Assembly (NCBI GenBank): GCA_023258055.1
Contig: JALRAI010000001.1
Location: forward strand, 1-52,912
Reading direction: 5' to 3'
Length of the DNA: 52,912 bases
From: Flavobacteriaceae bacterium
GTDB lineage: Bacteria; Bacteroidota; Bacteroidia; Flavobacteriales; Flavobacteriaceae
The translations under genes and the position numbers were made by a program. Under the pieces are notes generated by a model. It saw nothing but the letters and a program-made list of their open reading frames with translations, was not told the DNA's origin and ran no database searches. Below, one piece after another: positions 19,398 to 28,500 of the stretch (position 1 is the first letter of the stretch; each line of letters starts with the position of its first letter).

Positions 19398-19405
19398 CAA
19401 AACTA
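19398..19405 (-). promoter_or_regulatory. Candidate -7 promoter box for proS
   Basis: The minus strand reads TAGTTTTG (TAnnTTTG) 56 nt upstream of the proS ATG. Confidence 0.3.
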
Positions 19406-19443
19406 CTTATTTTTATAATGTTCAACAATTTAAATCTATCGTT

Positions 19444-20745
19444 ATGAAAACTGTAAATCAAAATCTAAAAAAGGCAGCTGCATGGGCAACTTATGGATTT
19501 GCAGCAATCACTCTACTTAGCTGTAATACCTATAAAGGGGTTGCAGACGAAGAAGATGGAATCTACGGCAACACCTATATAGTCGAAGAATCAAGTGCGG
19601 TAGAGGGTAAAAACAACTATTATCAGCAATATTTTAGTGCCAAAGCCGCTCAAATTGAAGAAATTCCTGAAGAGGATTTGGTATTTACCGATATTGAGGC
19701 CTACAGCTCACAAGAATCTCTGGATGAAGAAGGATATATTGTTGTAGAAGAAGAATATATCGATGATTATGGCTCATGGGGAAGCAACACCAACGACATT
19801 ACTGTAAATGTTTACGGCGGATGGAATAATGGATTTGTCGGTAATGGATGGGGCTTGGGTTATTGGTATGGTGGTTGGAATGCCGGATACTGGGGTGGCT
19901 TCAGACCTTGGGGATTCAATTACTGGAATAATCCTTACTGGGGTTATAGCAGTTATTGGGGCTACAACCCTTATTGGGGATGGGGCAACGCCTACTACAA
20001 TCCTTGGTTTTACTACGGTGCGGGATGGGGCTACAATGGTTATTACAGCCCTTGGTATTATCATAACAACGGATACACCACTATCGCAAACCGTGGTCGA
20101 TCAAATCAAGACAGATATACTTCTCGAGGCCGCACAGATCGTTCAAATATGGGCACAAGAGAACAATCTGGTCTGCGTGGACGCAGCAGCAATGAACTAA
20201 ATCGTGGCCGCACAGCAAGTACGCGCAGAGAATTTGATCTCAATAGAGGCAGAAATGCTGCTGTGCGCAACAGATCGGCTTATCAAAGTACAGAGGGCAA
20301 TTCTGCAGTACGTAACCGAGAAAACTCAAGTGTTTTTGCAAAAAGCCGAGCTAATTCTGTAGCCAGTACCCGGGTAAACCCAAGTGCGCGCGAAACACGG
20401 AATTTCAATTCAAGACCGGTAGCACAAAATGGTACAAATCCGGGGGCGCGTCCTCAAGGTTCATCAAATACACAAAGCAGTAATACACGACCTAGTGAAC
20501 AAACTGCAGCACCGAGCAATGCCGCGAAAAATTTTAAAATTAAAAGACGTAGCAGACCACAGGGCACAGCAAACAATACGCGACCTTCAAATAACTCTGG
20601 AACTCAGAAGTCGTTCAAAGCCGAAAATGCTTCACAAAGAAGTTTTAACCGACCTTCTTTCCAGAGCACAAGGCCCATGAGTACTCCGCGTAATTACTCA
20701 CGTCCTTCTGGCCGTGGCTCAGGAGGAAGAGGTGGACGTGGATAA
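19444..20745 (+). CDS. Low-complexity lipoprotein: acidic region, Trp/Tyr/Gly/Asn-rich core, Arg/Ser/Asn-rich basic tail ending in an RGG box
   Basis: Lipobox LLSC (Cys27). Residues ~35-108 are D/E-rich. Residues ~109-211 read GGWNNGFVGNGWGLGYWYGGWNAGYWGGFRPWGFNYWNNPYWGYSSYWGYNPYWGWGNAYYNPWFYYGAGWGYNGYYSPWYY. Residues ~216-433 carry repeated (N/S)RGR motifs and end RPSGRGSGGRGGRG. The long open frame survives despite low complexity. Confidence 0.7.
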   Translation: MKTVNQNLKKAAAWATYGFAAITLLSCNTYKGVADEEDGIYGNTYIVEESSAVEGKNNYYQQYFSAKAAQIEEIPEEDLVFTDIEAYSSQESLDEEGYIVVEEEYIDDYGSWGSNTNDITVNVYGGWNNGFVGNGWGLGYWYGGWNAGYWGGFRPWGFNYWNNPYWGYSSYWGYNPYWGWGNAYYNPWFYYGAGWGYNGYYSPWYYHNNGYTTIANRGRSNQDRYTSRGRTDRSNMGTREQSGLRGRSSNELNRGRTASTRREFDLNRGRNAAVRNRSAYQSTEGNSAVRNRENSSVFAKSRANSVASTRVNPSARETRNFNSRPVAQNGTNPGARPQGSSNTQSSNTRPSEQTAAPSNAAKNFKIKRRSRPQGTANNTRPSNNSGTQKSFKAENASQRSFNRPSFQSTRPMSTPRNYSRPSGRGSGGRGGRG

Positions 20746-20818
20746 TTACAGTAACCCAAAAAAGAGGTTACTAGAATTAAAAAGTTGAGTCTTTCAAAAA
20801 CCAGTTTAAATTTTAAAA

Positions 20819-22345
20819 ATGACAAATATCCTCAATAAGAAAACACCAGTACTTTCACTGGTGTTTTTTATATCCTCATATATGTTTTCATGGAGTCAAA
20901 TTACCCAAGACTACCTTCAATTTGCCCAATATGATCTTTTTGGATCAGCGCGAATTCAATCCATGGGTGGCGCTTTTCACGCCTTGGGTGGGGGTGTCAA
21001 TAGCCTTCATCTGAATCCTGCCGCAAGTGCGGTTAATATCAATAGCAAAATCGACTTTGGCCTTGCCTTTGGCAGTCGTCAAACGAAAAGTACATTTTCG
21101 GGAGAATTAAATACAGCACAGGACAACTTTTTTGATTTTGGCCACGCAGGCGGGGTAATCGTTGCGGAACAAATTAATGAAGACAACCCCTGGCGTAAAA
21201 TTGCATTTGGCTTTTCTATGGCAACCTTAAAGAATTTTGACCAGTCTGTAGCCGTAAAAGGAAATACTGACTATGGCTTATCGAATTACTTTACAGAGCA
21301 GGCTCAAGGCACATCCTTGTCCGATCTACAACTCGGGCCATCAGAAAGTCTTGGTTCTGCTTATGCGGCACTGGGCAATACTTTGGGCCGTGGAGCGCAA
21401 CTGGGTCTTTTGGCCTATCAGGCTTATGTTATTGATCCTGAGAATGAAATCAGCAATAATGTAAATTATATCAGTGCCGTGAATGATCGACGCCAGCAGA
21501 GTACTTTTCAAGAACTCGGCGGGTCCTTACGTCAATTTAACCTGAACATTGCCACACAATATGGAGAAAATCTGTTTATCGGTCTGAACCTTAACAGCCA
21601 TATCCTGAGATATACCCGATCAAATGTGGTCAGTGAAGACGCCATAATTGCCAATAGCCCATTGCAAAATCTTACCTATAAATCGTTTGAGAGAACCGAT
21701 GGTGAAGGATTTAATCTTCAACTAGGGGCTATTTATACCCCTGGTGACCACTGGCGTTTGAGTCTTTCGTATGACAGTCCGACCTGGTGGCAATTAACCG
21801 AGGAATCCGTGGAGTCACTGAGCAGTTCGTTTTTGATCAACCAAGGACTTGAAAATTATTTAATGGACCCTGATGTACGCAATTATTTCGAACCATACCG
21901 CTTGAGAACACCCAGTCAATGGAATGCGGGTTTGGCTTATGTTTTCGGGCCAAGCGGGTTAATTTCTGCTTCTCTGAGTCGTAGAGATTACAGTGGTGGC
22001 ACCTTTAATAATGATGGTTCTGAATTCTTTCAAAACGCTAATGCGGTCATAGAAAATTCATTTGATCAAAGTATCAGCGCCAAACTCGGTGGAGAATATC
22101 GTTATGGTCCGTGGAGAATTCGTGCAGGCTACTGGATGGAATCTCAAGCGGTAAAAGAGTTAGGCCTCGAAGATAATTTTGGCTATAGTTATGGATTAGG
22201 TTTTTATGGTGGTGGTTGGACCTTAGATGCTGCCCTAGTGAGCTATTCAAATAATACAGCTACAGCTTTGTACCAAGAACAAAATAGGTTTACTAGCAGG
22301 CTAAACAATCAATCCTTTATTTTATCCTTCGGCATCGATTTGTAA
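20819..22345 (+). CDS. Outer-membrane beta-barrel of the FadL/TodX/PorV-like superfamily (508 aa)
   Basis: Signal peptide followed by a FadL-type hatch motif (GSARIQSMGGAFHALGGGVNSLHLNPAASA). Alternating amphipathic beta segments run throughout, with aromatic-rich C-terminal strands. It starts 73 nt after the low-complexity lipoprotein gene, on the same strand. Confidence 0.6.
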   Translation: MTNILNKKTPVLSLVFFISSYMFSWSQITQDYLQFAQYDLFGSARIQSMGGAFHALGGGVNSLHLNPAASAVNINSKIDFGLAFGSRQTKSTFSGELNTAQDNFFDFGHAGGVIVAEQINEDNPWRKIAFGFSMATLKNFDQSVAVKGNTDYGLSNYFTEQAQGTSLSDLQLGPSESLGSAYAALGNTLGRGAQLGLLAYQAYVIDPENEISNNVNYISAVNDRRQQSTFQELGGSLRQFNLNIATQYGENLFIGLNLNSHILRYTRSNVVSEDAIIANSPLQNLTYKSFERTDGEGFNLQLGAIYTPGDHWRLSLSYDSPTWWQLTEESVESLSSSFLINQGLENYLMDPDVRNYFEPYRLRTPSQWNAGLAYVFGPSGLISASLSRRDYSGGTFNNDGSEFFQNANAVIENSFDQSISAKLGGEYRYGPWRIRAGYWMESQAVKELGLEDNFGYSYGLGFYGGGWTLDAALVSYSNNTATALYQEQNRFTSRLNNQSFILSFGIDL

Positions 22346-22492
22346 TCAAGTCTAAGTTCCCCTAAACCCATCACGGATCATCGCAGTTTATGTCGAAGAT
22401 TGTTCTAGAGGGTATGAGTGATCAAAAGGTGTCTAGGTCTAATTCTTCAAAAAATTATGTTTTAGAATTGGCCGCGCCAAGTTTTCAAAAAC

Positions 22493-22521
22493 AAAAAAAC
22501 CTGCCATTGGCAGGTTTTTTT
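22493..22521. terminator. Bidirectional rho-independent terminator between the convergent barrel gene and the giant cargo gene
   Basis: A7-AACCTGCC-att-GGCAGGTT-T7: a perfect 8-bp stem flanked by A and T runs. Confidence 0.75.
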
Positions 22522-22546
22522 ATTAGTTGATGAGCCTAAGGATATT

Positions 22547-25500
22547 CTATCTTTTTAATGTAAAATGTCCAGTAAAGGCCTTAGGAATATCTTCTTCGGT
22601 ATATTCGATGCGGAACCAGTAGTCACTCGAGGGTAGTGGGTTGCCTTTATAGGTACCGTCCCACCCTGCACTAGTTGGGCTCAGCTGCTTGAGCAGCTTG
22701 CCGTAGCGATCAAAGATATAGATGCGCGCCGCCGGGTCGTAATCTGCTAGCCCGATGATGTTCCAAGTGTCGTTAAAGCCGTCGTTGTTTGGCGTGACAA
22801 AGCGTGGGTAGTCCACTACCCCAATGTCCACAGTGATCGAGCCACAGCCCTCCACATTAGTGATGGTCACCTGGTGGGTGCCCGGAGTCACATTCTCAAA
22901 CACACCACTGTCCTGAAGGTTACCCCCGTCTAGACTGAACTGATAAGTCCCTAGTCCGCTAGCGGTCGCCTCAATGACATGCTCCCCAGCAAAGGCCCCA
23001 TTGAGCAGACGTACATTGTACTCCAGTGGCGGTGAGGCTGGGTTTACAGCAACCACCGTCTCTAGTGAGCAGCCCGAGGCCAGCTCAGTGACCAGTACCG
23101 AGTAAGACCCTGGGGCCAAGGCCACCAGCGATGGACCCACCTCATTAGGCAATATAGTGCCGTTGAGCGACCACAAGAAGGTGAAGCCCTCTGTGGGGAG
23201 TCCCGTCTCCAAGGTCGGTGGTGAGACCGCTCCGAAGTCCTCCATAATGGCGTTGCCCTGAGCATCCACACAAATGCGGTACTCATCCTCTAGGATCATC
23301 GGAGGCAATTGCTCTACAGCTAAAAGCACTTCAGCTACACCATAGCAGATCGGCACATCATTAGGATCCAGTAAATTACTCACCCGGGCGTAGATCACCT
23401 GTGGGTTAGTGATATTGGTATACACATCTGGCAAGTTACCCACCCCTAGCTCAGCGTCAGAAAGCGTCTCGTGGAAGGTCAGTACATACACACTGGGGTC
23501 TTGATCCTGCAAGATCTGATCCACCAAGAGCTGCGCCTGAGGATCCAAGTCCGTAGGCAAGGCCGCATTAGGAATCAAGGTAAACTCCGCCAGTCCATCA
23601 CTCGGGGCTAGATTATCACAGATCATATAAGGATCAGGAGTGCCCGCAAAGGCCCCTTCCTTAACATAAAGCTCAAAACTAAGATCCACCTCAAAGGTCA
23701 CCGGATCCTGCTGTGGCGGAGTGTAACAGCCCGTGTCCAAAGCAATCAGTCCCGCGTACACTGTCTGTGGGCTCGTGGTACTGGCAAATAGCGTTGGGTT
23801 ACCGATGGGGTTAACCCCGTTTTGGGCCTCGGTCAGCGTGCGGAAGTAAAGCACCGCATAAACCAGAGGATCTAAATCACCCAAAATCAGTGCATCGTTC
23901 TGCGTGAGGTCAAACACCCCTACGCCGTTATTGTCCACCGCGCAGTAGTACAAGTCCTCAGGCAAGCCCTGAGCTACCGGTAGTGGGCTCACCACCAGCT
24001 CCAGCTCCACAATACTATAACAGGCCAGAGTGGCCGGAGGCACATCCTTAGTCACACGCGCATAAACCACCTGGCTAAATGGCGTGGTGTTGGCATAAGG
24101 ACTCGCTAGCTCCGTGCCGGCTACACCAGCCTCGGCCTCATCAAAGGTGGCGTAGTAAAGCACGCTCACATTAGGCTCACCGCCGATGATCTCAGCGTCC
24201 TTATCCGTTAGTGTAAAGGTCGATAGTCCGTCCTCTGGGTCAAAGTCAATCACTGGGTCGCCCTCTCCATCACATACCACTAATGGGGTCGGAGTCACAG
24301 GACTCGGGTTAGGCAGCACGCGCAAGGTCAAGAAAGTCTCTGCACCGCAGCCCCCAGAGGTCACAACCGTTACATAAATATCCTGTGGGTTAACCACGTT
24401 CTGGTAATCCGTAGGATCCGCAATAGGGTTATCGTCGATCTGATCCTGGGCACTGGCGTAGTAAACCACCGTGTAGGTCGGATCACCACCAGTGATGATC
24501 GGATCGTTCAGGGTTAAATCAAAGGTCGATACCCCATCATCTGGAGCACTGCCCCCAATCTCATCATCACACAAGGCCATCTCAAATGGACCTGCCGATA
24601 AATCAGCCGGTGGCTGAACCTCTAAATCAAAAGGCGTTACTCGGCCACAACCCGTTGTGAAGTTCTCCACACGAACAAACACCTGTTGGATCGGAGTGAC
24701 AATGTTCGTATAAGCCCCAGGAGTGGCAATAGCATTAATGCCCAAATCCGCATCCCCTTGGCTTATGTGGTAGCTCACCGAGTAATCCGATAGTGGCTCA
24801 TTGGCCCCTAAGGCCGCTAAGTTGTTCTGAGTCAAATCAAAGACCTCAAAACCATCCCCATCAAAATCACAGGCCACCAGTGGGTCTTGGAAGGTCGCCG
24901 TATCAACCCCCAAAGGCAAGGACTCTATACGTAGCTCTAAAGGAACAATGCTATAACAAGCATTAACCCCCGGAGGAACGTCGTTCTCCAAACGCGCGTA
25001 AATGGTCTGTACAAATGGGACGATGTTCTCGTAAGGACTCAGCAGCTGATCGGCAGGGTTGCCCGCATTGGCATCGGCAAGGGTCTCGTAGTAGCGGACA
25101 CTCACATCCACCTGGCCACCCAAGAGCTCAGCGTCCTTACTGGTTAAATCAAAGTTGTTGTAAAACCCGTTGTTGTTGTCATCACACACAATAAGCGGGG
25201 TCGGGATATTAATGGTCGGGTTGGCCTCTACATTAATAAAAAAGCTCGTTACCGCTGGACAGCCATCAGGGCCAAAGACCGTGACAAAAATCTCCTGAAC
25301 AGGACTGATCACGTTCTGATAAGCCGCAGGGGTCGCTATAGGGTTGTTATCGATCTGATCCTGGGCACTGGCGTAGTAAGACACCGAGTAAGTCGGATCC
25401 CCTAGAGTCACCTCTAAGGTGTTGACCGTTAAATCAAAAGTAGATAGACCATCAAAGGGATCACTGCCCCCGATCTCGTCATCACACAAATAAAGATCCT

Positions 25501-28500
25501 CAGCAGAGCCAATACCCGGTAAGGCCCCAGTCACCAGACCGAAGCTAGTGATGCGGTAACAGCCCGTCTCCAGACTCTCAAGGCGTACCCAAATACTGGT
25601 GCCTCCAGGGCTAAGGTAGGCCTCAGGGGTGGCAATAAATGGGGTGCCTGCCTGGGCGTCAGCCAAGGACTCATGGTAGGTAATAGGCGCAAAATCTATA
25701 GGATCCTGGGTGCCCAGTACAAAGGGATCGTTCAAGGTCAGGTCGAACTCCACCAGGCCGTCCCCATCGTCATCACACACAAACATAGGATCGATAAAGT
25801 CTGCCGTAGGCGCATCTGGTAGTGGTACCACAATCAGCTCCAAGGGAACAATGCTCGAGCAGCCCAATATCCCAGGGGGGATATCACGCGCCACACGGGC
25901 GTAAATCACCTGACCTCCAGGGATGGTGTTGACCCATGGGCTGGTTAAAGCAGGGGTGCCTGCCTCGGCCTGGGCCAGGGTCTCATAGTAAGTCACACTA
26001 ACATCAGGCTCACCATCGGTGATCTCTGCGTCCTTATCGGTAAGCACAAAAGTGGCATAACCATCATCAAAGGTGCCGCCGTCTAAATCATCATCACACA
26101 CCTCTAGTGGGGTAGGGATCACAGGAGTCGGGTTAGGCAATACCGTTAAGGTCATGGTCACTATTGTGGTACAACCAAAAGCACTGTCCAAACGACCCCA
26201 TATCGTCTGAGGAGTGGTCGTATTGGCATAAGGACTCAAAAGCTCTGTGCCTGCAATACCCGCCTGGGCATCAGCCTCAGTGAGGTACCAAGTAACCGTA
26301 ATACTGCTGTCGCCACCAGTGGCCGTGTCGTTTACCTGGGTTAAATCAAATAGGCTTACCTCGTCACTGGTGCTGCCACTAGCCTCATCATCACACAGGT
26401 AAAGCTCAAAAGGGCCTAAGTCCTCAGGAAGAGGATCCACAATCAGCTCTAGGGTCACTATATCGTAACAACCCGCCGTGCCGTTGTTCGGGGAAGTGGC
26501 ATTAGCATTACCCACAACCAAGATATAAATGGTCTGAGGGTTAGTGGTGTTTTGGTAAGCCCCTGGGTTGGCAATAGCCAGACTAAAGTCCGGAGCCGTT
26601 AGGGCCAGATCACCAGCAGTGATCGCATCGCTCTCTAGCTCATAGTAATAAATATCATACTCCAGTGGGTCTAAACTGCCCAAGACCTCCGGTTCAACAA
26701 CCGTTAAATCAAAGACCGTAAACCCATCGGCTAGGGCGTCATCACATAGGCGCAAAGGCTCCTCGGGCTGGGTGGCAATAGGGTAATCCCGAACCTCTAA
26801 AAAGACCTCAACAGTGGTGTAACAGCCCGTTAACGCGCTCTCTACCCTAGCCCATACACTGTCGTTATATGGATCGTCATTAGGATAAGGGTTTATCAGT
26901 GGCAGAACACCGTTCTGGGCGTCTAACTGAGTGCCGTGGAAAGTAATCTGCAAATCACCATTGCCCCCCTGTAAAGGGGCCACTAACTCGCTTAAATCAA
27001 AATCAGCAAAACCATCGTTGTCACTGTCGCATACCACAAAAATGTCTATAGGACCTGGGGTTGGGGGTGGGATTAAGAATATTGTAAAATTCTCGGCTGT
27101 ATCAAAACAAGTCGGATCCTGACGGTTTTCTAATCGAACAAAAATCTGCTGACTTGGGCCAGTTACAATGTGAGGCGTGGGCAGCGCATTTTGACTCAGA
27201 TCTGCATCGAGTTGACTGCTGTGATAAGTGATAAAATAATCGCCTAGCGGCTGTCCATCAAGGACTTGAGTATTAAAGGTAACCGCCAAATCAATAGGCT
27301 CATCGCCACTGCCGTCTAAATCACATAAATTATAATCTTCAACCTCGCCAGAAAGGGCTTGCGTATAGGTAATCTCAAAAGTTGCTTCTACAAAACAATC
27401 GCCTAAGATATCATCTAATCGGATGGTAATCGTTTCTGAAATCCCCGTAATGGTATAAGCCCCAGGAAAAAGTATTTGAGACCCCAAGGCATCATAATAG
27501 GTGATGTTAATGTTTGCTGGATCTTGAGATCCAAGCACTATAGGCTCGTTAACAGTTAAATCAAAAATACCAGGAATGCTGACATCCGAAGAACATTGCG
27601 CCAAGTCTAAAGGCGGTGAAGCGATGACCGGCGGCGTGGTAATATTGATAATAAAATTCTGATTGGTATCTGAACAATCAGGATCTATGGTGCTTGTAAA
27701 GCGCACAAAAATATTCTCAAAGGGTGCTGAGACGTTGTACGGAGAGCTTAAAGGGTTTGCTCCTGAATTCGCCTCGGCCTGAGAGTTGTGATAAGTGATC
27801 GTAAAATCGCTGGCGGGCTGACCATTAAGAACCTGAGCGTCAAACTCAGCGACTAAATTTATAGGCTCACTGCCGTTGCCATCGTTGTCACAAACCACAA
27901 AATTATTAACCGGTCCAGCGATTACTGTAGTGTAAATAATTTCAAAGGTCTCCTCCGCAAAACACAACCCAGTGAGCTCCTCTAGACGGATCGTTATCGT
28001 CTCCGAAGTCCCCGTTATATTATGAGCCGTGGGGTCGGCAATTGGATTCCCCGCCCCATCGGTATAAAAAACGTTTAGCTCTGCAGGGTCCTGAGTTCCT
28101 ATGGCCAGAGGTTCGTTCACGGTTAAATCAAAAACCCCTAAGGTAAGTCCATTGTTATTACAGACATAAAGATCATCAGGAGCCGTCTCAATGACAGGTT
28201 GTGGTAAAAATATAGCCTCAAAAAAGAAAATTTCAGGGGTGTTATTGACTTGAGAGAGACTGATATCATCTATAACCAAGTCGTTTCCACAGCCTCCTGG
28301 AGCGTTATTGATTAGAACTAGCTGTATGTTTGAATTTGTTCCTGTATTAAAGGAGATAAAATACTCTTGCCAATCCGGGTCTGGTCCGTTAGGGATATTG
28401 CCAGTAACTGTTTCTTGGATGGTTCCCCCAGCCATGTTTTCAATACGAAAACGCACATTCGAAGGCACACTATTACCCCCACAAATACCGCTATCTGTGT

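Noticed and set aside
19774-20200. Track ORFs 19774-20064 (-) and 19808-20200 (+) inside the low-complexity lipoprotein gene
   Set aside because: They are alternative-frame or antisense readings of the TGG/TAY/GGN-rich stretch. Low complexity removes stop codons in several frames, and only the 433-aa frame has a signal peptide with lipobox and extends through the whole region.
22390-22530. 46-aa ORF (MSKIVLEGMSDQK...) in the convergent intergenic region
   Set aside because: It reads straight through the strong bidirectional terminator hairpin and its T-run. It has no recognisable features and no promoter-like box.
23500-28200. Periodic recurrence of motifs such as gttaaatcaaa / ggttaaatcaaa, considered as a CRISPR-like or non-coding tandem array
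   Set aside because: The period is ~280-330 nt with no short conserved direct repeats separated by unique spacers. The motif is the reverse complement of the codons for the FDLT motif inside one continuous 7-kb ORF, so these are protein repeats.
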